Origin: an uncultured Chloroflexia bacterium
GTDB lineage: Bacteria > Chloroflexota > Anaerolineae > Anaerolineales > Anaerolineaceae
Assembly: GCA_963752535.1 (NCBI GenBank)
Contig: CAVVYT010000003.1
Location: forward strand, 138,032-202,031
Direction: 5' to 3'
Length of the DNA stretch: 64,000 bases
Shown here: positions 19,480 to 28,856 of the stretch, one piece after another
Layout of the letters: every line of letters begins with the position of its first letter
Position numbering within the stretch: the stretch's first letter is position 1
Position numbers and translations under genes: made by a program
The notes under the pieces: model-generated
What the model was told of the DNA's origin: nothing
Database searches by the model: none
What the model saw: only the letters and a program-made list of their open reading frames with translations

Positions 19480-20145
19480 TTATTTTACCAATTCGACATA
19501 AATATACCGTGCAGTAGGATATCCGATGGTTACTTTCCGTCCGGCAAGATCCAAATCAATTGTCTGATTGAACACCAGATTATCAGTCAGGGTCGCTTTT
19601 GCTCCGGGGACGATTCCCTGACCCTCCAGAAATTGCAGCATATCCGGCGTTTCTTCGGCCAGTTCATGGATGCGACGAACGATCAGCCGGGTATCTTTCG
19701 CAACATCCATCAGACAGATCCACTCAGCCACTGATAACTCATAACCGGGCAGAGGATTCCCATGCGGGCAAAGTTCCGGCTCACCCAATTCTTTCACCAG
19801 GGCTAATTCCACCTCATCTGAGATGCCATGCTCCAATAAATGAGCCTGGTCATGCAACTTGGACCAGGACAGCATTTTGACCAGCATCCATTCTGACAGC
19901 ATGTGCCGCCGTACAATCGAGCGGGCGTTCAACATCCCATCCGCGGTCAGGTGGATATCGTGATTTTCATCCGAACACAGCAAACCATCCCGGATCATCC
20001 GCTTCAAGGTGTTGGTCACGGTCGGTGGTGTGACACCCAGCAGGTTCGCGATTCGGACTCCGGCGATCGGTTCCCCATCCCTGGCAAGTATATAGATGAT
20101 CCCAAGGTAATCTTCGATGGTCGGACTGACATCAATCTGGTTCAT
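19480..20145 (-). CDS. DtxR/MntR-family metal-dependent repressor with C-terminal FeoA/SH3-like domain
   Basis: N-terminal TIEDYLGIIYILARDGEPIAGVRIANLLGVTPPTVTNTLKRM wHTH, then the metal-binding/dimerisation region. Transcribed divergently from feoA. Start chosen at MNQID. Confidence 0.85.
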   Translation of the reverse strand: MNQIDVSPTIEDYLGIIYILARDGEPIAGVRIANLLGVTPPTVTNTLKRMIRDGLLCSDENHDIHLTADGMLNARSIVRRHMLSEWMLVKMLSWSKLHDQAHLLEHGISDEVELALVKELGEPELCPHGNPLPGYELSVAEWICLMDVAKDTRLIVRRIHELAEETPDMLQFLEGQGIVPGAKATLTDNLVFNQTIDLDLAGRKVTIGYPTARYIYVELVK

Positions 20146-20193
20146 GATTTCCCATTCTATGACAAATGACGCGCATGATAGTATTATAATCAA

Positions 20194-20222
20194 TTTACAA
20201 TATTAGCATATGCTAATATAAT
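20194..20222 (+). promoter_or_regulatory. feoABC promoter with embedded 20-bp palindromic operator
   Basis: -35 TTTACA (20194..20199), a 17-nt spacer, and -10 TATAAT (20217..20222). The perfect palindrome ATATTAGCATATGCTAATAT (20200..20219) fills the spacer. It lies between the DtxR-type repressor gene and feoA. Confidence 0.7.
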
Positions 20223-20264
20223 ACATTAGCTCTATTGATATTTGACAATTCCAGGGATGAATCA

Positions 20265-20513
20265 ATGAACCCTCTCAACAATTATCCTTCGATAGCACAA
20301 CTTAAATCTGGTGAAAAAGCCCGGATGGTGGATACCCAATACGGACATGGAGAATTTTCGCGCATGGCATCCTTTGGTTTGACTCCGGGTGTCACCATTA
20401 CCGTCATCCAAAATTTCGGCAGCGGACCCATGATCGTTCAGGTGAGAGGTTCTCATATCGCCCTCGGACGAAATCAGGCATCTCGAATTTTCGTTCAAAG
20501 GATGGAGGGATGA
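20265..20513 (+). CDS. feoA: Ferrous iron transport protein A
   Basis: Small SH3-like protein with LAQLKSGEKARMV...LGLTPGVTITV... Its stop overlaps the feoB start (ATGA). Confidence 0.85.
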   Translation: MNPLNNYPSIAQLKSGEKARMVDTQYGHGEFSRMASFGLTPGVTITVIQNFGSGPMIVQVRGSHIALGRNQASRIFVQRMEG

Positions 20514-22546
20514 CCCATTGCGCCCCTTCCACCACCACGCAACTTCCGGTCATTGAGCGCGGTACGCAGCGGATCATCGCTCTGGCTGGCCAGCCCAATA
20601 TTGGCAAATCCACGATCTTTAATGCCCTGACCGGTCTCAACCAGCATGTGGGCAACTGGCCGGGAAAAACGGTGGAAAGCAAGATGGGAGCTTTCCATCA
20701 CAAAGGTAAATCATTTCGGATCGTCGATCTGCCCGGCACGTACAGCCTGACAGCCAACTCCCCGGAAGAACTGATCACCCGCAATTATCTCCTCACAGAA
20801 AAACCCGACCTGGTCATCGCTGTTATCAGCGCCGCCAACCTGGAGAGAAGCCTGTACCTGCTGGCGGAAATGGTCTGCCTCCCCATTCCGATCATCGTCG
20901 CATTGAATATGATGGATGTCGCCCAGAAAGACCAAATTCACGTTCGCCCGGAAGTATTGGAGGAAAATTTGGGACTCCCGGTCATCCCCATCTCTGCGAC
21001 AAAACAAAACGAGATCCGGCATCTCTTGAACCACATGGATGACATCCTCGATCATAATCGCACCGGCAAGGTATCCATTCCGGTAGTGTGCGGACCACTG
21101 GCGGAGAGTCACCTGCAATTATGTAAAATTCTGGGAACAACCCTCCCGACAAATTACCCAACCGATTGGGTCGCGCTGAAAATGCTGGAAGCGGATACGG
21201 CTGTTCTGGAACTGGTCAGAAATTCCCTGAAACCAGACCAAATGACTGAAATCGATCAAATCCTTACCAAACATCCGACCTCGCTCATCGAGATCGCGTC
21301 CAGCCGATATGAATGGATCGCGGAAATATTGAGTGACGCAGTGACCTACCCGGATGAAAATCAACCCGGGATGAACGAAAAGATTGACCGGGTCGCAGCC
21401 CATCCTTTCTGGGGATTGTTAGTCCTCGGTGGGATACTTGGTTTGGTTTTCTGGTTAACCTTCCAGATCGGCGCTCCCATCCAGGCCTGGATGGATACCC
21501 GGCTCTTGACCCCCCTCTCCCTGGCTGCGTCCGGTCTTTTGGCCGGCTCCCCGTTCTGGTTTCGCAGCCTGATTGTGGATGGCATCCTGGGCGGCGTGGG
21601 TTCTGTCCTCACCTTCCTGCCCATCTTGATGATCTTCTTCGCCACATTCGGCATCCTGGAGGATGTGGGATATATGGCCAGGGCTGCCTATGTGATGGAC
21701 AACTTCATGCAGGTGATGGGTTTGCAGGGAAGATCATTCCTGCCACTCTTCCTGGGATTTGGCTGCAATGTCCCTGCGATCATGGGAACCCGGGTGATCA
21801 ATTCAAGATCAGCCAGATTGCTTACGATATTGATCGCTCCCCTGATCCCCTGTACCGCCAGAATGGCTGTTGTCGCGTTTATCGCGCCAGCTTTTTTTGG
21901 CGCCCAAGCCACCCTGGTTACCTGGGGATTGGTGATCTTTTCCATGGTGATGATGATTGCACTCGGGATCCTGCTCAACCGGGTTCTCTTCAAGGGAGAA
22001 CGTTCCAGTTTCATCATGGAATTGCCCTCCTATCATATCCCCAATTCACGCACGATCGGATTGTTGGTCTGGCAGCGGTCATTGTCCTTCCTCCGGAAAG
22101 CCGGCACGATCATTTTGGCGATCTCGGTTTTCATCTGGCTGTTGACCATGCTTCCGACCGGAAACCTGGAGACCAGTTTCCTGGCAAAAATTGGCCAGTT
22201 TGTCGCTCCCGTGGGCGAATGGATGGGTTTCGATTGGAAGCTGACGGTTGCCATCCTGACCAGCTTCCTGGCTAAAGAAAACGCGATTGCGACCCTGGGC
22301 GTCTTATTTGGCGGATCGAGCAGCCTGGGATTGACCGCCACCCTGTCCTCCACCTACTCGGTGGCGACTGCGCTCTCCTTCCTGGTTGTGACGCTCCTGT
22401 TCATCCCGTGTGCCGCGACTGTGGCCACCATCAAACAGGAAACCAATTCGTGGAAATGGACCCTCGGTTCTGTTGGAATTTACCTGGCCTTATCTATTCT
22501 GGTGGGTACGATCACCTACCATGCCGCCAATTTGATCGGACTATAA
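20510..22546 (+). CDS. feoB: Ferrous iron transporter B
   Basis: N-terminal G domain (GQPNIGKST, DLPGTYS, NMMD) followed by a polytopic membrane domain. 678 aa. Confidence 0.95.
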   Translation: MTHCAPSTTTQLPVIERGTQRIIALAGQPNIGKSTIFNALTGLNQHVGNWPGKTVESKMGAFHHKGKSFRIVDLPGTYSLTANSPEELITRNYLLTEKPDLVIAVISAANLERSLYLLAEMVCLPIPIIVALNMMDVAQKDQIHVRPEVLEENLGLPVIPISATKQNEIRHLLNHMDDILDHNRTGKVSIPVVCGPLAESHLQLCKILGTTLPTNYPTDWVALKMLEADTAVLELVRNSLKPDQMTEIDQILTKHPTSLIEIASSRYEWIAEILSDAVTYPDENQPGMNEKIDRVAAHPFWGLLVLGGILGLVFWLTFQIGAPIQAWMDTRLLTPLSLAASGLLAGSPFWFRSLIVDGILGGVGSVLTFLPILMIFFATFGILEDVGYMARAAYVMDNFMQVMGLQGRSFLPLFLGFGCNVPAIMGTRVINSRSARLLTILIAPLIPCTARMAVVAFIAPAFFGAQATLVTWGLVIFSMVMMIALGILLNRVLFKGERSSFIMELPSYHIPNSRTIGLLVWQRSLSFLRKAGTIILAISVFIWLLTMLPTGNLETSFLAKIGQFVAPVGEWMGFDWKLTVAILTSFLAKENAIATLGVLFGGSSSLGLTATLSSTYSVATALSFLVVTLLFIPCAATVATIKQETNSWKWTLGSVGIYLALSILVGTITYHAANLIGL

Positions 22547-22548
22547 TC

Positions 22549-22791
22549 ATGCTCGATACTCTCCTCAAACAAATTCAACTCAGCCAGACGGTGGATCCCG
22601 TGCAGTTGTCCAAATTATTAGGGATCCATCCGCGTATGATCCAATCCATGCTGGGTACCCTGACGGAGATGGGATATCTGCGGGATGTGTCCACCTGCGC
22701 CGATAGTCACTGCCAGGGTTGTCCTGTTTCCTCCTCCTGCTCCAGCCTGGATGGAAAAGCTCACCTGTGGAAGATCAAAGCTGCCCAGTAG
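22549..22791 (+). CDS. feoC: FeoC-like winged-helix protein with Cys cluster
   Basis: 80 aa from ATG 22549, 2 nt after the feoB stop. A wHTH-like N-terminus is followed by CADSHCQGCPVSSSC. The position and Cys pattern match FeoC. Confidence 0.65.
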   Translation: MLDTLLKQIQLSQTVDPVQLSKLLGIHPRMIQSMLGTLTEMGYLRDVSTCADSHCQGCPVSSSCSSLDGKAHLWKIKAAQ

Positions 22792-22884
22792 ATAAAGCCT
22801 GCCTGTTTTCAGTTCCGCAGTCTGTGGACGGAACGGGTTCGGTGTTGTACAATTGCGGGGGAATTATGGAAGGAAGGGAAACCA

Positions 22885-24102
22885 ATGACAGATTTTCCTG
22901 GTAAGGGGAAAGTAGCAGTACTCAAGACCACCCCTGAAACCGTTGTGGAGGATACCCAGCGGTTGATGCAGATGGCCGGCTTCGAGCAAGCTCTTCCCAA
23001 AACGAATACGACCGGAATAAAGATCAATATCTCCTGGCAGACCTGGTACCCAGCCTGCTCATCTACACCCTGGCAGATCGAGGGTGTGGTAAAGACGCTC
23101 CAGAACGCGGGATATAAGGACCTGGTCGGGATACACAATGACACCGTCGTGGTCGACACATCGGTCGGGGAAGTCAATAATAAACACCGCTACGTCACCG
23201 ATAAATACGGCGTCCCATGCCTGTACCTGTATGAAGAGAAATTTGAATGGGAAGAATACAAACCCAAAAGACCCTTTCTGGTGCTCGATAAGGTCTACCC
23301 GGAAGGGGTTTTCATCCCTAAAGCGTTGATTGGCAAGAATATCATTCACCTTCCGACTGTGAAGACCCACGTCTTCACCACAATCACCGGGGCGATGAAA
23401 AATGCTTTTGGCGGTCTCTTGCACCGGAACAGACACTGGACTCACAGCGTGATCCATGAAACCCTGGTGGATTTATTGATGATCCAGCAGGATATCCATC
23501 CCGGACTTTTCGCCGTCATGGATGGCACTTTTGCCGGCGACGGTCCCGGTCCACGGGCGATGCGCGTTCACGAGAAGAATATTCTGCTCGCATCCGCGGA
23601 TCAGGTCGCCATCGACGCAATCAGCGCCAAACTTCAGGGTTTCAACCCGATGGATATTCCCTTCATCCGCATGGCCCACGAGATGGGCTTGGGTGTTGGT
23701 GATCCAAAAGAGATCGAAATTGTCGGTTACGACATCGAGCAGGAGCAGCCCTGGAATTTTGTGCAGGAGGATACATTCGCATCCAAAGGCCAGAAGCTGA
23801 TCTATCATGGTCCGTTGAAACCTTTGGAAAAAATCCTGTTGCAAAGCCCGCTCGTGCCATGGAGCTATTTTGCCAGCAACTTTTATCACAACGTTTACTG
23901 GTATCCCTTTGTAGGCCGCAAACGCGTGGAGGCTGCCCTCGACACCCAGTGGGGACGCTTATTCCGTTCGTATGGGGATGGACAGGTGGTGTTACCCGGT
24001 GTTGAACCGAAGACGGTTGTCCAGGCGGCGGTTGGATTGGGTCTTGCGGCATCTGTTCTGGGCGCTATGATCTATCTCGGGGCGCGGAAAAATCGCAAAT
24101 AG
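22885..24102 (+). CDS. DUF362 domain protein with C-terminal TM anchor
   Basis: 405 aa with VAVLKT..., HLPTVKTHVFTTITGAMKNAFGG and DGTFAGDGPGP, typical of DUF362. A hydrophobic tail lies near the C-terminus. Confidence 0.75.
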   Translation: MTDFPGKGKVAVLKTTPETVVEDTQRLMQMAGFEQALPKTNTTGIKINISWQTWYPACSSTPWQIEGVVKTLQNAGYKDLVGIHNDTVVVDTSVGEVNNKHRYVTDKYGVPCLYLYEEKFEWEEYKPKRPFLVLDKVYPEGVFIPKALIGKNIIHLPTVKTHVFTTITGAMKNAFGGLLHRNRHWTHSVIHETLVDLLMIQQDIHPGLFAVMDGTFAGDGPGPRAMRVHEKNILLASADQVAIDAISAKLQGFNPMDIPFIRMAHEMGLGVGDPKEIEIVGYDIEQEQPWNFVQEDTFASKGQKLIYHGPLKPLEKILLQSPLVPWSYFASNFYHNVYWYPFVGRKRVEAALDTQWGRLFRSYGDGQVVLPGVEPKTVVQAAVGLGLAASVLGAMIYLGARKNRK

Positions 24103-24120
24103 CATCTCAGGTTAAATGAA

Positions 24121-24156
24121 AAAAGCATCCGGTTTTGATGATCGGATGCTTTTTAT
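24121..24156 (+). terminator. Intrinsic terminator (bidirectional shape)
   Basis: Stem AAAAGCATCCG, loop GTTTTGATGAT, stem CGGATGCTTTT, followed by Ts. An A-run on the 5' side lets it serve the convergent gene as well. Confidence 0.75.
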
Positions 24157-24674
24157 TATTGCAGGTGTGTCCACCCACTCTGCTGGTGGGAGGACATATA
24201 TAATATCGCCCAGGTCCAATCGACCAGGTATTGTTCGATCTTATCCAGTAGGTCCAATTTGCTGCGCAGGTCGTACATCAATTCGCGCGTATCCATCAAC
24301 ATTTGCATACATTGGTTACGGATCTCTTCGTCTTGAACGCCATTCTTTTTGAGTGAGTTGAGAATATGAACCGGACGGATCCCAAAGAAGGTATGCACCC
24401 GTGGCTTGGATTTCAGGGTGATCCCCATGCCTTCCATATTGGTCGTGAAACCCTGGAAAACCTGTTGCTGGTCATCCCGCACCTGGGCACGCCGCAGGCT
24501 AATTTCGGATAAAACTTCCCGCAGTACGTCCAGACTTTCCGGACCGATCATGACCAGCAATTCCACCATCTTTTGAATGGGGATGACACTTAAATCCTCC
24601 ATACAAAGCATGAGCACATCCCCCACTTTCATACGGATGTAGTCTCTCTGATTGGTTGGAAGCTGTTTATCCAT
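24156..24674 (-). CDS. Hypothetical protein (172 aa)
   Basis: Clean ORF with no recognisable motif. Confidence 0.5.
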   Translation of the reverse strand: MDKQLPTNQRDYIRMKVGDVLMLCMEDLSVIPIQKMVELLVMIGPESLDVLREVLSEISLRRAQVRDDQQQVFQGFTTNMEGMGITLKSKPRVHTFFGIRPVHILNSLKKNGVQDEEIRNQCMQMLMDTRELMYDLRSKLDLLDKIEQYLVDWTWAILYMSSHQQSGWTHLQ

Positions 24675-24759
24675 TCGTTTGTGTCCGGATCGATATCCAA
24701 GGATAATAAATGACTACCGATTTAATGGTATTGTAGGGGGAACCGTATAAAAAAGCAAA

Positions 24760-25234
24760 TTACTCTTCTACAAATGGGATGAGATAATTTGAAACGGCCC
24801 ATCCTGCCCGGGCTGTATCGTAAGGCGCTTCGAGATACCACCAGGTATAACCATCAACAAACTCCGGCCCACGCTTCACCGCGAAGACTTCGTTCTCCGC
24901 GCCCAGGAAGATCGGCACCCCATTCGTTCCTGGATCACGGCGTAACCGCAAGCCATCTCCTTCTGTGCCGCTGACCCGGACAGAGATACCCACTTTAATG
25001 TTCCCGCCCGGATCAGGCGGAAATCCCTTCCTGCTGGGTGGGGGGTACCGTCGCTTGAGGATCAGGTGTGGAAGTGAATTGGATTGGCGGCGCGGTAACG
25101 ATGGAAATCATCGGCGTGACAAAAGGTACGTTCCGTTGTTTTGGGGAGAGGAAGAATAAAAATGCGGCAGCCAGAAGTAAACAAAAGAGGCCAATGGCAA
25201 TTCCCGCAATGAGTGAGATTAATCGTCTGGACAT
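24760..25234 (-). pseudogene. Membrane-anchored bacterial SH3 domain protein, 1 frameshift as assembled
   Basis: Fragment 25013..25234 gives an N-terminal TM anchor plus a Pro/Thr linker. Fragment 24760..24993 gives an SH3b-like VRVSGTEGDGLRLRRDPG...GWAVSNYL. The downstream frame stays open upstream (GFPPDPGGNIKVG), so the junction is near 25000..25030. Confidence 0.6.
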
Positions 25235-25236
25235 GG

Positions 25237-26321
25237 TTACACCGTAAACAGAAAGAAAGCCAATGCCAGGATTAGATATACTCCGACCAGAGCGAAACCT
25301 TCCAGCCAGTTGGATTCACCATCACCGGCAACCAGCACAGTGATGAGCACTCCACCTCCTAGGGCGATCAACTCAAAGCTATTAAAGACCAGCGTGAGGG
25401 GATGACCCAGCAGAAGGCTGACGAAAACCAGTAACGGCGCCACAAATAACGCGATTTGCAGGCTGGATGAGATGGCAATCTCCACGCTGAGATCCATGTT
25501 ATTCCGGTGGGCAACCTGAACCGCGACAAAATGTTCAGCAGCGTTCCCCACAATAGGGATCAGAATGATGCCCAGAAAGAATTCTGAGATGTGCGATGTG
25601 GCTACCACGTGTTCGACCGCTCCCACCAGCATCTCGCTGAGGAAAACTACGCCCACAGTAGACGCGACCAAAAGGATGATCGCACTTCGCAAGGACATCT
25701 CCGGTTTGTGATGGGGTGGGAGCTCCGAAATATGGGTGACCGGACTCTGGTTTGTTTTAATGAATAGAATAAGCCCAGTCCATAAAGCAATATCATGACT
25801 ACCGCAACACTGATGCTGAGAATTTCAACCCGCATACTGGTTTCGGTCCCTATCGCCACCCGAAAGAGGGATGGGATCGCCAATGCCATGACGGCCAACG
25901 TCAACAGTACCGCGTGATTGCCTGCCTGGGCACGGTCGAACTTTTGAACCCCGTTTTTTAATCCGCCGACGATCATGGAGAAGCCCATTACCAGGAGCAA
26001 GTTTCCCAGTATGGAACCCGTGATGGATGCTTTCACCAGATCAAGGTATCCAGCCTGTATCGCTACCAGCGTGATGATCAATTCAGCAGCATTACCGAGG
26101 GTTGCATTTAATAATCCGCCAATCTTCGGACCGGTATAAACGGCCAGCACTTCTGTCGCTTGCCCGATCAAACCCGCCAACGGTACGATGGCAATGACGG
26201 AAAATATGAACACCCAGATATCCCCCAGACCCGCATACTCGGCGATGAACGCAAGCGGCAAGGCAATCAATAATGCCTGCAGCGGGTTCTGGCGTAAAAA
26301 TTTTATGGTTTTCCGGATCAA
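25237..26321 (-). pseudogene. Ca2+/H+ antiporter (CaCA/CAX family), 1 frameshift as assembled
   Basis: Two alpha-repeat motifs, LGNAAELII and VGNAAEHFV, lie in the two fragments (25647..26321 and 25237..25698). Adding one A to the A4 run at 25755..25758 restores ...FYSLKTNQSPVTHISELPPHHKPEMSLRS... Confidence 0.85.
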
Positions 26322-26411
26322 TGGTATTCTCCTGCCCGATATTGGTTAAATTATAACCGAACCTGAAAACGGGAGATTCTCCCTATGTTATAATTTCTCA
26401 GGCATTCATTC

Positions 26412-27443
26412 ATGGACGAGCTACCCATTCTCAATAACCGATACAAATTACTACAATCCATTGGCAAAGGCGGAATGGCATTTGTCTATTCTGCCTATGA
26501 CCTGATGCTGGATCGCGCTGTGGCGATCAAGATCTTGAAAGAAGAATTCAGCCAGGACCAGGCATTCCGGGACCGATTTCATCTCGAAGCCAAAGCTGCC
26601 GCGAACCTGACCCACCCCGGCATCGTCACGGTGTATGACTTTGGCTACGATCAGGATTGGTTGTTTATCGTGATGGAGCATGTCCCCGGCACCGATCTCA
26701 AAACCATGCTGCAAAAGCGGGGACGGATACCAGTGGATGAAGCACTCTCCTTAATGATCCAGGCTTGCTCAGGGATTGGCTATGCGCATCGCGCCGGGTT
26801 GGTCCACTGCGATATCAAACCCCACAACATGCTGGTCACTCCCGACCTGCGGTTAAAAGTGACCGACTTCGGCATCGCCCGCGCCCTGGCATCCATCCAT
26901 CCGGATGAAAAAAACCAGGAAATCTGGGGGTCGCCCCAATATTTTTCGCCGGAGCAGGCTTCGGGCAACGCTCCCCAACCTGCCTCCGATGTGTACTCTC
27001 TGGGTGTGGTGATGTACGAAGCGTTGACAGGCCAATTACCTTTCAGCGCAGAAACCGCCCAGGAATATGCCAACAAGCATCTATTTGAATTGCCGATTTC
27101 ACCGCGCCGTTTAAATCCACAAATTCCCGCGGAGTTGGATTCGGTGATCCTCAAGGTATTATCCAAGGAACCGACCCAACGGTATCGCACCGCCGATCAG
27201 ATGGGAAGGGTTTTACAAACGAATATCCGCCTGGGCGAAACCACCAAACCAGAACGATATTTTGTTCCTCAAGACCCGTCCGCGACCATGGTCACTCCCG
27301 CAAAGCCGGTGAGGGTGGAGAAAAACCTGACCCAGGAAGTGAACCAGATCGATTGGATCACGATCGGACTGGGACTGTTAACTGTTGCCGCCATCGGCGG
27401 TTTGATTCCGCTTTGGATTGCCGTCATATTCAATCTTCTATGA
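26412..27443 (+). CDS. Hanks-type Ser/Thr protein kinase, C-terminally TM-anchored
   Basis: Motifs GKGGMAFVY, AIKILK, LVHCDIKPHN, DFG and SPQYFSPEQ. A single TM helix lies in the last ~30 aa. Confidence 0.9.
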   Translation: MDELPILNNRYKLLQSIGKGGMAFVYSAYDLMLDRAVAIKILKEEFSQDQAFRDRFHLEAKAAANLTHPGIVTVYDFGYDQDWLFIVMEHVPGTDLKTMLQKRGRIPVDEALSLMIQACSGIGYAHRAGLVHCDIKPHNMLVTPDLRLKVTDFGIARALASIHPDEKNQEIWGSPQYFSPEQASGNAPQPASDVYSLGVVMYEALTGQLPFSAETAQEYANKHLFELPISPRRLNPQIPAELDSVILKVLSKEPTQRYRTADQMGRVLQTNIRLGETTKPERYFVPQDPSATMVTPAKPVRVEKNLTQEVNQIDWITIGLGLLTVAAIGGLIPLWIAVIFNLL

Positions 27444-28103
27444 AAAAGATCATTTCTGTATCGATCCTATCTGCCGATTTGCCCGTCTGGGCGACCAGAT
27501 TCGCCAGTGTGAAGATGCCGGCGTCGATTGGATCCATATCGATGTAATGGATGGACATTTCGTACCCAACATCACAATGGGACCATTCATCGTGGAGGCA
27601 GCCCGGCGCGCCTCGAACCTTCCCCTCGATGTCCATCTCATGATCGAAAAACCCGAAAGACATATCCAATCATTCGCCAACGCCGGGGCGAACAACATCA
27701 CCGTTCAGGCGGAGACCTGCCCGGACCTTGCCCATTCCCTACAAATGGTGCGCGCTGCAGGGTGTCTGAGCTGGTGTGGCTTACAATCCTGCGACCGAAG
27801 TGGATATTCCACCCATGCCTCTTCCCGATCCTCGACATGGTACTGGTGATGACGGTGAATCCGGGATACTCCGGCCAGTCATACATGACCGGGATGGATA
27901 CAAAAGTGCTCAAAACCCGAAATTTGTTGGGCACCAGCGATCATTTTATAAACCTGGAAGTGGATGGCGGGATCAATTCAACGACCCTACCCCTGGTTCT
28001 GGCAGCCGGGGCAAATGTATTCGTCGCGGCATCCGCCATTTTCCACCATCCAGAAGGTATAATGAAGGGTGTCCGTGATCTCCGTAAAGTGATTGATGCT
28101 TAA
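27440..28103 (+). pseudogene. rpe: Ribulose-phosphate 3-epimerase, at least 3 frameshifts as assembled
   Basis: Recognisable pieces lie in three frames: MKKIISVSILSADL; ARLGDQIRQCEDAGVDWIHIDVMDGHFVPNIT...; NPATEVD; ILDMVLVMTVNPGYSGQSYM...EVDGGIN. The ATG overlaps the kinase stop (ATGA). Confidence 0.85.
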
Positions 28104-28126
28104 AACAAAAACGGCCTGATGGCCGT
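28102..28126 (-). terminator. Intrinsic terminator of rpmB (also closes rpe)
   Basis: On the minus strand: stem ACGGCC, loop ATCA, stem GGCCGT, followed by TTTTTGTTTT. Confidence 0.75.
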
Positions 28127-28151
28127 CTTGTTAGAGCGATCTCAAAAGTGA

Positions 28152-28335
28152 TTATGCACTCTTAACCATGGAGCGAATGCAGCGTGTGCACAAGGTTTTG
28201 TGAACTTTCTGTCCCTTTTCAATCACCATCACCTTTTGAAGGTTTGGGTGAAAAGCGCGATTGGTTGCACGCTGGGAAAAGCTCCGGTTATGACCAAAGG
28301 TTGTTCGTTTTACCACAATGATCGCAGACTGCCAT
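28152..28335 (-). pseudogene. rpmB: 50S ribosomal protein L28, 1-nt homopolymer frameshift as assembled
   Basis: Not in the ORF track. The minus strand reads MAVCDHCGK, then shifts. Removing one A from the A4 run (plus-strand T4 at 28308..28311) gives MAVCDHCGKRTTFGHNRSFSQRATNRAFHPNLQKVMVIEKGQKVHKTLCTRCIRSMVKSA. The span is 184 nt, i.e. 61 codons plus 1 nt. Confidence 0.85.
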
Positions 28336-28475
28336 CTTTATTATCCTTTCAACAACTCAATCTGTCCGGCTGTGGTGACTCCACAGCGCAAGCCAGAATT
28401 TTATCATAAACCGTATCCAAAGACAAGAATATTTGTTAAACTACATGACCAAGGGAAAACATCGAAAGGTCTGAT

Positions 28476-28832
28476 ATGAGCGAGAGAAATAATACCACAG
28501 GCAATATTTATATATCCCATAAGGCAATCGCATCGGTTGCCTGCCAGTCCGCCTTATCATCCTATGGGGTGGTTGGACTGGCACCCAAAAATTTTGTTGA
28601 AGGTTTGGCGAATGTGATTTTGAAAGATCCTACCCTGGGTGTGGAAGTAAAGTATGACGGGGATCAGGTAGACCTGGATCTATATATCATTATCGAATAT
28701 GGCACGCGGATCAAATCGGTTGCGTCTACAGTGGCGCATCAGGTGCATTACCAGATTGAACATACCATCGGGTTGCCAGTCCGCATGGTCAATGTCCATG
28801 TTCGCGGTCTCCGCATCAGCAACACTGATTAA
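28476..28832 (+). CDS. Asp23/Gls24 family (alkaline shock) protein
   Basis: 118 aa. IYISHKAIASVACQSALSSYGVVGL... is typical of Asp23. Sits upstream of yloV, the conserved context. Confidence 0.9.
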   Translation: MSERNNTTGNIYISHKAIASVACQSALSSYGVVGLAPKNFVEGLANVILKDPTLGVEVKYDGDQVDLDLYIIIEYGTRIKSVASTVAHQVHYQIEHTIGLPVRMVNVHVRGLRISNTD

Positions 28833-28856
28833 TACTTCCAATAGTAAAGGTTACCC

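Noticed and set aside
28200-28409. 69-aa plus-strand ORF
   Set aside because: It is antisense to the frameshifted rpmB gene, which explains the open frame.
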